A stretch of 64,000 bases of DNA from an uncultured Spirochaetota bacterium (GTDB lineage: Bacteria > Spirochaetota > Spirochaetia > SZUA-6 > Fen-1364). Where the stretch lies: contig CAWGAA010000003.1 in assembly GCA_963820525.1 (NCBI GenBank), positions 288,001 through 352,000 on the forward strand, written 5' to 3'. Both the position numbers and the translations under genes were made by a program. The notes beneath the pieces are model-generated. The model made no database searches. It saw nothing but the letters and a program-made list of their open reading frames with translations, and was not told the origin of the DNA. Shown here one piece after another: positions 52,364 to 62,318 of this stretch; the stretch's first letter is position 1, and every line of letters starts with the position of its first letter.

Positions 52364-53446
52364 ATGAGCCTGAAACCGAAGACGAGCGTTGAAGCCGCAG
52401 AAGGCAAAGAAGCGGGGGCAGCCGGTGGCCGCAGCGTGCTAGGCGTGGTTCGTGAGGTGATCACACGGCTGGGGCCGGTTATCGCCCTGGTTCTCCTGGG
52501 CGCCTATCTCGCTATTGCGAGCCCGCACTTCCTTAAGACCGACAATATGGTGAACATCACGCGTCAATCCGCCATCACCGCCATTCTGGCCGTGGGTCAG
52601 ACGCTGGTCATACTCACCGGTGGAATCGATCTCTCCGTAGGGGCCGTGGCGGCGATCTCCGCCTCGGCGGCGGCAGTTCTGATGACGCAAAGGTTCGTAT
52701 TCCTCGGGATGGTCATCGGGCCGGTGAGCTTTGTGTTCGGCTTTCTCATCGCTTTCGCCATAGGCGGCCTTGCCGGCGCGATAAACGGTCTCATCATCAC
52801 CAAGGGGCGCATTCCCGATTTCATCGCCACCCTGGGCACGCTGACCATCTTTCAGGGCATCGCCCTTCTCATCACCGGGGGATTGCCCGTGCCGTCGCAC
52901 ATCACGGCCACGGAATTGAAGGGCTACCTGCCTCACCAGATGATATGGATGGGAGCGGGCGACGTTCTCGGCATACCGGTGGCCGGCCTGATCGGCCTTG
53001 CGATCGTCGTGCTCGGCTGGCTGTTGCTGCGCTACACGGTACTCGGAAGGTCGGTATTCGCCGTGGGCGGAAACCGGGAGGCCGCGCGCGTATCGGGGAT
53101 CAACATCGACAGGACGAAGATCGCCGTGTACGTCGTGTCGGGCCTGATTGCGGCGATCGCCGGGGTTGTATTGGCCGGCCGCATGAACTCCTCAAATGCC
53201 CTGATGGCCGGCGAGGAGAACCTCCGGTCCATCGCGGCGGTGGTGATCGGCGGCACCAACCTCTTCGGCGGGGAAGGAGGGGTTTTCGGCTCCACGATCG
53301 GCGCCATCATCATGGGGGTGCTCGGAAACGGTCTCAATCTCCTCAGCGTGAGCGCTTTTTGGCAGCGGATCGTTCAAGGCATGGTCATCATCCTGGTGGT
53401 CATGTTCGATCAGTGGCGCCGCAGGAGTTTCCCGACTTCGAAATGA
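52364..53446 (+). CDS. Sugar ABC transporter permease (RbsC-like)
   Basis: GGIDLSVG, FIATLG, GGNREAARVSGI, IAAVVIGG. Confidence 0.94.
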   Translation: MSLKPKTSVEAAEGKEAGAAGGRSVLGVVREVITRLGPVIALVLLGAYLAIASPHFLKTDNMVNITRQSAITAILAVGQTLVILTGGIDLSVGAVAAISASAAAVLMTQRFVFLGMVIGPVSFVFGFLIAFAIGGLAGAINGLIITKGRIPDFIATLGTLTIFQGIALLITGGLPVPSHITATELKGYLPHQMIWMGAGDVLGIPVAGLIGLAIVVLGWLLLRYTVLGRSVFAVGGNREAARVSGINIDRTKIAVYVVSGLIAAIAGVVLAGRMNSSNALMAGEENLRSIAAVVIGGTNLFGGEGGVFGSTIGAIIMGVLGNGLNLLSVSAFWQRIVQGMVIILVVMFDQWRRRSFPTSK

Positions 53447-53467
53447 GGGATGGGGGGTGCATGTGCC

Positions 53468-54499
53468 ATGAACCGCGGTGAAGCGTGCGGGCCCGGGGTC
53501 TGCGTGATCGGGTGCGGAAGGGCCGGGATGATTCACGCGAGGAATTTCGCGAACAGGATCGCGAACGCACGGCTCGTCGCCCTCGCCGACGCGAGAGAGG
53601 AAGCCGTGGAAGAGTCGCGCCGCGAACTGGGCATGGAAACCGCGTACCGGGACTACCGTGACGCGCTCGCCGACCCGAAGGTCGACGCGGCCGTGGTCGC
53701 CAGTCCGACGGCCTTTCACCGGGATATCGTGGTCGCGGCCGCGCGCGCCGGCAAACACGTGTTCTGCGAGAAACCCATGGCCGTGACGGCGCGGGAATGC
53801 GACGACATGATCCGGGCGTGCGACGGGGCGGGCGTGAGGCTGCAGATCGGGTTCATGCGAAGGTTCGACGAGGGCTTTGTCGCGGCGAAGAGCCGTATCG
53901 ACGGCGGGGAGATCGGGGAGGTCGTTCTCGTCAAGTCCCTGACACGAGGCCCGAGCACCCCCCAGGAGTGGATGTACGATGTGCGCGCGAGCAACGGCCC
54001 TCTCGCGGAGGTCAACAGTCACGACATCGACACGCTGAGATGGTTCGCGGGGTGCGAGATAGAGGAGGTGTACGCGCTCGGGGGGAACTTCCGCTGCCCG
54101 GAGGCCGGAGAGCGGTATCCGGATTTCTACGATAATGTCGCGATGGTGTGCAGGTTCGCGGATGGAAAGCAGGGCTTTATCGACGGCGCCGTCTCCGTGG
54201 GGTACGGCTACGATGCCCGCACAGAGATCGTGGGCACGCGCGGCGTGATGTTCGTTGGTCATATGGAGCAGGATTCCGTCGTGGGCTGCTCGATCGACCG
54301 GGGAATTTCCCGGCCGTTCGTGAAGAGTTGGCGCACCCTTTTCGCGGAGGCGTACCTCGCGGAAGACCAGGCCTTCATCGATTGCGTCATCCAGGGCGGG
54401 CAGCCGAGAGCTCGGGGCATCGACGGGAGGATGGCGGTCGCGGTCGTGGAAGCGGGAAACCGCTCGATTGCGGAACGCAGGCCCGTGCGGGTCGGGTGA
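53468..54499 (+). CDS. Gfo/Idh/MocA oxidoreductase (IolG-like)
   Basis: IGCGRAG, CEKPM, GFMRRFD, HDID. Confidence 0.9.
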   Translation: MNRGEACGPGVCVIGCGRAGMIHARNFANRIANARLVALADAREEAVEESRRELGMETAYRDYRDALADPKVDAAVVASPTAFHRDIVVAAARAGKHVFCEKPMAVTARECDDMIRACDGAGVRLQIGFMRRFDEGFVAAKSRIDGGEIGEVVLVKSLTRGPSTPQEWMYDVRASNGPLAEVNSHDIDTLRWFAGCEIEEVYALGGNFRCPEAGERYPDFYDNVAMVCRFADGKQGFIDGAVSVGYGYDARTEIVGTRGVMFVGHMEQDSVVGCSIDRGISRPFVKSWRTLFAEAYLAEDQAFIDCVIQGGQPRARGIDGRMAVAVVEAGNRSIAERRPVRVG

Positions 54500-54517
54500 A
54501 ATGCAGGAGAGACTGGG

Positions 54518-55582
54518 ATGAGCGCGGAACTCATGCGGGCTGCGCGGCTGTACGGCAAGGAGGACCTGAGGGTAGAGGACGTGCCGGTCCCCGAGGTGTC
54601 CGCCGGCGAGGTCCTCCTTCGCGTGAGGGCGGCCGCCGTGTGCGGAACCGACATACGGATGCTCCGCAATGGCTCGCGCGGCGTGACGGCGCTGAATCCC
54701 CTGATCCCCGGCCACGAGATCGCGGGGGTCATCGAGCGTGTGGGGCCGGGGGTGGCGGGTTACGGGGAGGGCATGCGGGTCGCGGTCGCGCCCAACATGG
54801 GCTGTGGGGTCTGCGACAGGTGCGTCGGCGGCAACACGCAGCTATGCGCCGGTTACAGGGCGCTGGGGATAAGCCTCGATGGTGGATTCGCCGAGTACGT
54901 GAAGGTCCCGCGGGCCGCAGTGCAGCAGGGCAATCTTATCCAGGTCCCCGCCGGCGTGGATTTCGCGGAAGCCGCTCTCGTCGAGCCCCTCTCCTGCGTC
55001 TACAACGCCTTCCTGCGCTGCGCGATATCCCCCGGCGATACGGTGCTCGTCATCGGAGCGGGCCCGATCGGCCTCATGCACGCCAAGCTGGCGCGGATGG
55101 CGGGCGCCGCGTCGGTATTCATGAACGACACGCGGGCGGAGCGGCTCGCCCTGTGTCGGGAAGTGGAACCCTCGATCGTCGCCATCGCGAGCGCCGGCCT
55201 CGCGGAAGAGATCGGGGACAGGACGCAGGGCAGAGGGGTCGACGTATGCATCACCGCGTGCGCGGCGCCCGAAGCGCAGGCGGCGGCCCTCGAGCTCGTC
55301 GCGCTGAACGGAAGGGTCATGTTGTTCGGCGGGCTTCCCGAGGGGAAGAGCGGTGTGACGCTCGACACGAACATCGTGCATTACAGACAGATTTCGATTA
55401 CCGCGACGACGCGCTCCAACCTTGCCCAGTTCCGCAAGGCTCTCGCCCTGGTCGCTTCGGGCCTCGTGAGGGTGCGAGACCTGATCACGGGGAGCTCGAC
55501 GATCGACGGAATCCACTCGTCCTTCGAGCAGGCGATGCAGGGCAGGGGGCTGAAGAACGTCATTCTTTTCCCGGGGCCGTGA
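54518..55582 (+). CDS. Zn-dependent polyol/alcohol dehydrogenase
   Basis: CGTD, GHE, CGVCDRC...C, GAGPIG. Confidence 0.92.
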   Translation: MSAELMRAARLYGKEDLRVEDVPVPEVSAGEVLLRVRAAAVCGTDIRMLRNGSRGVTALNPLIPGHEIAGVIERVGPGVAGYGEGMRVAVAPNMGCGVCDRCVGGNTQLCAGYRALGISLDGGFAEYVKVPRAAVQQGNLIQVPAGVDFAEAALVEPLSCVYNAFLRCAISPGDTVLVIGAGPIGLMHAKLARMAGAASVFMNDTRAERLALCREVEPSIVAIASAGLAEEIGDRTQGRGVDVCITACAAPEAQAAALELVALNGRVMLFGGLPEGKSGVTLDTNIVHYRQISITATTRSNLAQFRKALALVASGLVRVRDLITGSSTIDGIHSSFEQAMQGRGLKNVILFPGP

Positions 55583-55609
55583 AACAGGCCGCCGCGTCGC
55601 GAGGAAGCC

Positions 55610-57154
55610 GTGGGTGAGAAGCTGCTGATCGGTGTCGACATCGGGACCCAGGGAGTGAAGGCCGCCGTCTTCGACCTTCGAGGGCGGGGCATTCATGAGG
55701 CGCACCGCGCGTCCGACCTTCGCCGCCCCTGCCCCGGCGCGGTCGAGGAGGATCCCGAGCTCCAGGTGAGGTCCGCCTGCGAGGTCATCGCCGAATGCGC
55801 CGCTGCCGTGGCCGCGGGAACCGGCGGGAGCGGGATCTCGGCCGTCGCGATAGACGGCCAGATGGCGGGCGTCATCGGCGTAGGCGAGGACGGGAGAAAT
55901 GTAACCCCCTACGACTCGTGGCTGGACACGCGGTGCGCCCCGTACATCGAGGTAATGAACCGCGAGGCCGGGGCCGCGGTCACGAGAAGGACCGGCGGTC
56001 CTCCGAGCTTCAATCATGGCCCGAAGATCCTGTGGTGGAAGCACGAACGGCCGGAAGTCTTCAAAAGGATTCGGGCTTTCGTTCCGCCGGGCGCGTATGC
56101 AGCGATGCGGCTCTGCGGACTGGACGGGTCCCGGGCGTTCATCGACGGAAGCTACCTGCACTTCTCCGGCTTCGCGGACAACCGCGCCGGCCTCTGGGAT
56201 GGGGACCTCTGCCGGCGCTTCGGCATCGAAGCGGCGGTGCTCCCCCGAATCGTCAGGTCGCATGACGTGGTCGGCGAGCTGTCACCCGCCATGGCCGGCC
56301 GATGCAACCTGCCGTCCGGCGTGCCGGTCGTGGCGGGGTGCGGCGACACCGCCGCGAGCTTCCTTTCCTGCGGCGCCACCCGGCCCGGCATTTGCGTCGA
56401 CGTTTCGGGCACCGCCTCGGTCTTCGCGGGTACGGAAACGGATTTCAGGGTCGACGAAGAAGCCATGGTTCTCAGTTGCGGCCGCTCCGCCGCGCCCGGG
56501 CTCTGGCACCCGTACGCGTATATCAACGGCGGCGGCCTGAACCTGGAGTGGTTCAGGACCGAGATTTCCGCCGGTTTCCGTCCCCCGGATTTCCCGCCGG
56601 TGCCCCTGGACAGGTTGAACGAGATGGCCGCGCAGATCGAGCCGCGGGACGATGACCCGCTTTTCATCCCCCACCTCGGCGGCCGCGTGAGCCCGAGCCG
56701 GCCTGATCTGCGCGGCGCGTGGGTCGGGCTCACCTGGAGCCACGGCCTTGCCCACCTGTATCGTGGAGTTCTCGAGGGCGTCGCCCTCGAATACGGCCTC
56801 TACCTCCGCCGACTGGAGAAGCTCTATGGAGCGGGAAGGATATCGGAAGTGCGCGTGACGGGGGGAGGCGAGAAGAACGCCCTTTGGAACCGCATCAAAG
56901 CGGATGTGCTCGGCGTCCCGATGGTGCAAATTCGCGGGGGAGGGGGTGCTCCGCTCGGGGCGGCCCTTCTGGCGGGCTACGGAGTGGGGCTTCTCCGGGA
57001 TCTCGACGCTGAGGCGCGCCAGTGGATAGAGACCGGCACCGTCACGGAGCCCGATGCCGGGCGCGCTTCCGCGTGTCTGCGCAGGCTCGCGCGCTACGAA
57101 GAGCTCCTGGGATGTCTGGAAAGGCTGAGCGGGAAGGGGTGGGAACAGGGATGA
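55610..57154 (+). CDS. FGGY-family carbohydrate kinase (xylulokinase-like)
   Basis: GVDIGTQG, WLDTR, GCGDT, SGTAS, VLEGVA, TGGG. Confidence 0.9.
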   Translation: MGEKLLIGVDIGTQGVKAAVFDLRGRGIHEAHRASDLRRPCPGAVEEDPELQVRSACEVIAECAAAVAAGTGGSGISAVAIDGQMAGVIGVGEDGRNVTPYDSWLDTRCAPYIEVMNREAGAAVTRRTGGPPSFNHGPKILWWKHERPEVFKRIRAFVPPGAYAAMRLCGLDGSRAFIDGSYLHFSGFADNRAGLWDGDLCRRFGIEAAVLPRIVRSHDVVGELSPAMAGRCNLPSGVPVVAGCGDTAASFLSCGATRPGICVDVSGTASVFAGTETDFRVDEEAMVLSCGRSAAPGLWHPYAYINGGGLNLEWFRTEISAGFRPPDFPPVPLDRLNEMAAQIEPRDDDPLFIPHLGGRVSPSRPDLRGAWVGLTWSHGLAHLYRGVLEGVALEYGLYLRRLEKLYGAGRISEVRVTGGGEKNALWNRIKADVLGVPMVQIRGGGGAPLGAALLAGYGVGLLRDLDAEARQWIETGTVTEPDAGRASACLRRLARYEELLGCLERLSGKGWEQG

Positions 57155-58107
57155 GCGGGCTCAGGCTTCACCCAGCTCGCAAGCCGACGATGCTCTTCAT
57201 CGGGGTGAGCACGGCGAAGTCGACGATCATGCGGGTCTTTCCCGCGTGGGCCCGCTACCTGGGCTTCGGCGACTGCGAGATCAGGGGGATCGACCTTGCT
57301 CTCCACGACCGTCCCGAGCGTTACCGGGAGGTCGTTCGCTTCATCAGGGACGATCCCCTTACCCTCGGAGCCCTGGTGACGAGCCACAAGATCGATCTCC
57401 TCCACGCGAGCCGCGACATGTTCGACGGCCTCGATGATTTCGCCGTTCTCATGGGGGAGGTCAGCTCGATTGCCAAAAGGGACAGCGCCCTCCTGGGGGC
57501 CGCGAAGGACGCGGTCACCAGCGGACTGGCCCTCGAGGCTTTCCTGCCGAAGGGGCATTGGCAGCGGACGAGGGCCGATGCGTTCCTCATGGGGGCGGGA
57601 GGCTCCAGCGTGGCCCTGAGCTGTTACATCTGCCGTCCCGCGCACGGGTCGAACCGGCCCTGCCGCGTTTTCGTCTCCAACCGAAGCAAACCCCGTCTCG
57701 ACGAGATGAGGGAGATCCACCGCCGGCAGAAGGTCGATGTCCCCATCGAGTACCTGCTGACACCGCTGCCCGAGGATAACGACGAGGCGATGCGGAGACT
57801 CGCGCCGGTCTCCCTCGTCGTGAATGCCACGGGGCTGGGGAAGGACGCTCCGGGATCGCCGATCACCGGCGCCGCGGTCTTTCCCGACGGCGGCCTCGCA
57901 TGGGATTTCAATTACCGGGGCGAGCTGGAATTCCTGCGGCAGGCGGAAATCCAGGCGCAGGCTCGGAGGCTGCACGTCGAGGATGGGTGGCTGTATTTCA
58001 TCCACGGATGGCTCGCCGTCATCGCCGAGGTTTTCGGCCGTGACATACCCTCACAGGGCACGGTCTTCGACGAGCTGTGCCGCATCGCGGAGAGGGAAAG
58101 GAAGTGA
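57151..58107 (+). CDS. Shikimate-dehydrogenase-like oxidoreductase
   Basis: GALVTSHK, MGAGGS, VSNRS, VVNATGLG, WDFNY, DGW: shikimate DH fold with divergent substrate motifs. Confidence 0.75.
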   Translation: MSGLRLHPARKPTMLFIGVSTAKSTIMRVFPAWARYLGFGDCEIRGIDLALHDRPERYREVVRFIRDDPLTLGALVTSHKIDLLHASRDMFDGLDDFAVLMGEVSSIAKRDSALLGAAKDAVTSGLALEAFLPKGHWQRTRADAFLMGAGGSSVALSCYICRPAHGSNRPCRVFVSNRSKPRLDEMREIHRRQKVDVPIEYLLTPLPEDNDEAMRRLAPVSLVVNATGLGKDAPGSPITGAAVFPDGGLAWDFNYRGELEFLRQAEIQAQARRLHVEDGWLYFIHGWLAVIAEVFGRDIPSQGTVFDELCRIAERERK

Positions 58108-58709
58108 AGGAGAAGGAAGCGGGGGAAATGGGGGAGGCCTCGGGGGCAATGATGCCGTTTGCGACGGATCTGGACCTTCTTCACGGGATCATGAAGGATC
58201 CCGAGAGGCACGTGGTGAGGCTTGCTTCGAGCATGCGCGGCTGCTATGCGGACGCCGATGCCCTGGAGGAGTTGATTGCGAAGGGAGATCCCGTGCACTA
58301 CGAGGTTTTCGAAAGGAGAATCCCGGAGGCACGCGGGCATCTCATGTTCTGCATCAGTAAGATTCATGTCGGCGCGGTGGGCGGCGAATGCTTCATGACC
58401 AAGGGCCACTACCACGGAGCGGCGGAAACTGCCGAGATCTATCTCTGCATCAGCGGCGAAGGATACATGATAATGCGGCTGCCGACCGGGGAGTGCGCGT
58501 GGGAACGTTTTCTGCCCGGCAGGCTGGTCTACGTGCCGCCGTTTTGGGGGCACCGGTCGGTGAATACGGGATCGGATCCCCTGGTATCCTTTTGCGTGTA
58601 TCCCGCGGAGGCGGGGCACAACTACGGGGACATCGAAAAGGCGGGATTCCCCGTCCGGGTGTTCAAGCGTGCCGGGCAGATCGAGCTCGTCCGCCTTGGG
58701 GAGGGGTGA
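58104..58709 (+). CDS. Cupin-type (archaeal-like) glucose-6-phosphate isomerase family protein
   Basis: FMTKGHYH...AEIYLCISGEG...YVPPFWGHRSVNTG...AGHNYG. Confidence 0.87.
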   Translation: MKEKEAGEMGEASGAMMPFATDLDLLHGIMKDPERHVVRLASSMRGCYADADALEELIAKGDPVHYEVFERRIPEARGHLMFCISKIHVGAVGGECFMTKGHYHGAAETAEIYLCISGEGYMIMRLPTGECAWERFLPGRLVYVPPFWGHRSVNTGSDPLVSFCVYPAEAGHNYGDIEKAGFPVRVFKRAGQIELVRLGEG

Positions 58710-58713
58710 CGTC

Positions 58714-59643
58714 ATGAGCAAGATCCTGGTCACGCCGCGCTCCCTGACTAAGGGAGGAGATCCCTCTCTGGGCCTCCTTTGCGCGGCCGGGCACGAGCTG
58801 GTTTTCTGCGCTCCCGGGAAGCAACCCGATGAAGAGGAGCTCATCCGGCTCGTCGGCGGATGCATTGGCTGGATCGCGGGCGTGGAGAGGATCAGCGCGC
58901 GGGTCCTCGATGCGGCAGAGGAGCTGCGGGTGATCAGCCGCAATGGGACGGGAGTGGATGCCATCGATCTCGAGGCGTGCCGCAGGCGCGGCGTGGCGGT
59001 TCTCCGGGCGGAAGGTACGAATTCGCGCGGGGTTGCCGAGCTCACCCTGGGCCTTCTCCTGGCCCTGGCGCGGTCGCTCCCCTTCGGGGATGGGTGCCTG
59101 AAGGCGGGAAGCTGGCAAAGGAGGCTCGGGACCGAGCTCGAGGGGAAGACCCTCGGGATCATCGGCTGCGGCAGGATCGGAAGGATCGTCGCGCGGTTCG
59201 CCCTGGCAATGGAAATGGCGGTGATCGCCCATGATCCTTTTCCGGACACGGCCTTTGTCCCGTCGTCCTCCTTCCGTTTCGCCCCTCTGGATGATCTGTT
59301 CGGCTCGGCCGATTTCATCAGCCTCCACTGTCCGCTGCGGGAAGGGGAGATGCCGCTTATCGGCCGGGAAGCCCTGGCCAGAATGAAGCGAGGCGCGTAT
59401 CTGGTCAATACGGCGCGCGCGGGGCTGGTCGATTCCGACGCCGTCCTCGAAGCGCTTAGAAACGGTCATCTGGCGGGATACGCCGTGGACGTATTCGACT
59501 GCGAGCCGCCGCCGGCGTCCCCCTTGCTCGCGCACGACAGGGTGATCGCCTCACCCCATATCGGGGCCTACACGTTGGAGAGCGTGGCGCGCGCCAGCCG
59601 GCTCGCAGTCGAGAATCTCCTCTCGGCCCTCGGGAGGTTGTGA
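58714..59643 (+). CDS. D-isomer 2-hydroxyacid/phosphoglycerate dehydrogenase family protein
   Basis: GVAELT, GCGRIG, SLHCP, VNTARAGLVD, DVFDCEP, SPHIGA. Confidence 0.92.
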   Translation: MSKILVTPRSLTKGGDPSLGLLCAAGHELVFCAPGKQPDEEELIRLVGGCIGWIAGVERISARVLDAAEELRVISRNGTGVDAIDLEACRRRGVAVLRAEGTNSRGVAELTLGLLLALARSLPFGDGCLKAGSWQRRLGTELEGKTLGIIGCGRIGRIVARFALAMEMAVIAHDPFPDTAFVPSSSFRFAPLDDLFGSADFISLHCPLREGEMPLIGREALARMKRGAYLVNTARAGLVDSDAVLEALRNGHLAGYAVDVFDCEPPPASPLLAHDRVIASPHIGAYTLESVARASRLAVENLLSALGRL

Positions 59644-59649
59644 GGGCGA

Positions 59650-60543
59650 ATGATGGAGATCTGTGAGACGAGGGAAGACTTTTCCCTGGAGGAGGCTTTC
59701 AGGGTTTGGACGCCCCGCCGCGGCCGGCTTTTTCTTTGGTGGCTCGGGCAGGCGGGGTTCTTGGTACGCACCGCAGACAGGCGCCTGATCATTGATCCCT
59801 ACCTCTCTGACTTTCTGGCCAGGAAGTATGCGGGGAGCAGATTCCCTCACGCGCGCATGATGCGTGCCCCCGTGGATGCGGCGATGCTCCTCCGCGTGGA
59901 TGCCGTACTCTGCACGCATGCCCACTCGGACCACATGGACCCCGAGACACTGCCCGTGATCGCGCGGCGAAATCCGCAATGCCTGTTCGTCGTGCCGAGG
60001 GCGGAGAGGGATCGGGCGCTCGCCCTCGGGCTGCGCGCAGACCGCCTGGTCGAGCTCTCCGATGGGGAGGCGGTCACGCTGTGGGACGGCCTCGGCGTGG
60101 AGGCGGTCGCGGCGGCGCACGAAGGGCGCTCCCTCGACGCACGGGGCGACGATCGCTACTTCGGGTACATCTTGGACACCGGTCGGCTGCGGCTCTACCA
60201 CTCCGGAGACTGCGTTCCTTACAAGGGTCTCGCCGGCCGCCTGGCGCGCCCGGGGATAGACGCCGCGTTTCTTCCGATCAACGGGAGGGACGAGAGCAGA
60301 CGCCGCGCGGGGATCATGGGGAACTTCGACCTTGCGGAGGCGATGGAGCTGTGCGGGCGCGCGGGCATCCGGGCGCTTCTTTGCCATCATTTCGGGATGT
60401 TCGAGTTCAACACCATCGATGCGGAAGAAGCCCGTCGCCGCCTCGGAGGGACGGAGAGGGAGGTCACGACCTTGTTCGCCCGGATCGGTGTACGGTATAC
60501 AATAGGAGAGAGGCCGGCGCTTGCAACGGGAAAGGAGACGTGA
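59650..60543 (+). CDS. Metallo-beta-lactamase-fold hydrolase (UlaG-like lactonase)
   Basis: WWLGQAGF, IDPYLS, THAHSDHMD, YHSGD, LPING. Confidence 0.85.
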   Translation: MMEICETREDFSLEEAFRVWTPRRGRLFLWWLGQAGFLVRTADRRLIIDPYLSDFLARKYAGSRFPHARMMRAPVDAAMLLRVDAVLCTHAHSDHMDPETLPVIARRNPQCLFVVPRAERDRALALGLRADRLVELSDGEAVTLWDGLGVEAVAAAHEGRSLDARGDDRYFGYILDTGRLRLYHSGDCVPYKGLAGRLARPGIDAAFLPINGRDESRRRAGIMGNFDLAEAMELCGRAGIRALLCHHFGMFEFNTIDAEEARRRLGGTEREVTTLFARIGVRYTIGERPALATGKET

Positions 60544-60549
60544 TCGACT

Positions 60550-61344
60550 ATGGCCATGACCGATGGGGCGATATTCGTCGAGGAAAGGAAGATGATGATC
60601 CTCGCGTACATCGAGGAGCATCGCAAGGCGACCGTCGCGGAGCTGTGCGAGCACTTCAGGGTATCCAGCGCGACCATCAGGAACGACCTGCGCGACCTGG
60701 AGAGCGCGGGACGACTCATCAGGACCCACGGCGGGGCCATGGTAAAGTCGAAGACCGGCCTCGAGCAGGACATGAACCAGCGCAAGGTGCAGAACCTTCG
60801 GGATAAAGAGATAAGGAGGATCGCGGAGGCCGCGATCCTCCTTATCGAGGATGGAGACACGATCATACTGGACACCGGTACGACGACCTTCGAGCTTGCC
60901 CGCCTGCTTGGCCAGAAGCAGGACATCACGGTGGTCACCAATGATTTGGCAATCGCGCTCTTTCTTGAGGACTTCGAGTCGGTGAAGGTCCTGTTCATGG
61001 GCGGTATTGTGCGAAAGAAGTTTCACTGCACCGTCACCTACGGGCCATCGTATGGGGAGACCCTGTCGGGCCTTACGGTGGACAAGGCGTTCATGGGCCT
61101 GAACAGCTTCTCACTGGAGAAGGGGGCGAGCACGCCCGACGTGAACCACGCGGAAACCAAGAAACTCATGATGTCGATCGCGGCCAAGGTGATCCTTCTC
61201 TTCGACTCGATCAAGATGGGCCGTAACTCCTTCGCCGTGTTTGCGCCCCTCGACAAGGTCGATGCGATCGTCACCGACTCCATCGGGGATGAGGATCGAC
61301 GGAAGCTGGAGGAAAGCGGCATCGAGGTCGTGACCGCCGGCTGA
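60550..61344 (+). CDS. DeoR/GlpR family transcriptional regulator
   Basis: VSSATIRNDLRDLE...RTHGGA HTH; ILDTGTT sugar-phosphate binding domain. Confidence 0.94.
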   Translation: MAMTDGAIFVEERKMMILAYIEEHRKATVAELCEHFRVSSATIRNDLRDLESAGRLIRTHGGAMVKSKTGLEQDMNQRKVQNLRDKEIRRIAEAAILLIEDGDTIILDTGTTTFELARLLGQKQDITVVTNDLAIALFLEDFESVKVLFMGGIVRKKFHCTVTYGPSYGETLSGLTVDKAFMGLNSFSLEKGASTPDVNHAETKKLMMSIAAKVILLFDSIKMGRNSFAVFAPLDKVDAIVTDSIGDEDRRKLEESGIEVVTAG

Positions 61345-61446
61345 GATCTCTTGCTAGCCGTGCTGCAGGGCAAGACCGTGGGTATCGATGATCGCGAGGG
61401 CCTCTTGTGGAGAGGCCGCAGCGAACAGGGTCCCGCCGAGGCTTCT

Positions 61447-61722
61447 CACCTGTTCCGTGGCAACCCTCGGGCGGGTCGCGTGCTCCGCTACAAGGAGAGG
61501 GAGATCCTTGATCTCGGTCTTCAGTACGAGGCCGATTCGCTACTATCGAGAGTGTCTTTCACCTCGGGTGCCGCTGGATTTCCTGGGCGGGCTCGCGCTT
61601 TGCGCAGACTACTTCGACTGCCGAATGTATTGCGTGCACCACAATGGCATCGCAACCAGCAGGAATTCGACTTACTGGATCTAATGGGGAAAATGGAAAA
61701 ACGTCGTTTTGCCTATCATCTA
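61447..61722 (+). mobile_element. Transposase-less mini-copy of the IS91-like element (left end fused to right end)
   Basis: 61447-61494 matches 40889-40936, and 61489-61722 matches 47937-48170 (234 bp, ~2 mismatches); the two parts join at a shared TACAAG. Confidence 0.8.
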
Positions 61723-61732
61723 TCATCTCATC

Positions 61733-61793
61733 TACGGACTCGTACGCACGGTGGTGTTACAGGGAAAGCCCGTGAGGGCTCACCTCTGTCGAT
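61733..61793 (+). other. Group II (class C-like) intron 3' remnant: partial domain V plus domain VI
   Basis: TACGGACTCGTACGCACGGTGGTG…hairpin…CTGTCGAT resembles the IIC DV/DVI consensus ending in AY. Confidence 0.65.
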
Positions 61794-62057
61794 TGCTTTG
61801 GGCATGTTTGACAGCGGGTATGCAAGCCCCCGCGGTAACCGTCAAATTAACCGCACCCTCTGCTACTGCGGCCGGGAAGGCGGCTGTCGTTCGCGAGTTC
61901 AGGCCAGCCGCCCCGTTTCGAAGTCCAGCAGTGAGCCTTTGGCGATGCTCCAAGGCAAGAGGAATCGATAGTTTTCTGGATCGTCACTGTCGGGTTACAG
62001 AAGAATCATCGCCTCATCAAATGGGCGGCTCTCGCCCGTCGCGGTGGGACAAAAAAA

Positions 62058-62172
<115 letters not shown>

Positions 62173-62318
62173 AATAATAGACAGAGATGGGTGAAGGATT
62201 GTTTTGCGCTGTCGCGCTGAAAGCGCGCAGCTGGCATGACCCTCTCGGCGTTTGCTCGCGCAAACGCATTGCCCGTGTCGCGCTTCGCGCCGACGCGGGC
62301 GGGAATACTCAAAAATAT

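Noticed and set aside
61351..61971. 206-aa ORF sharing sequence with ORF 48000..48428
   Set aside because: Explained by the repeated non-coding element end; no protein features.
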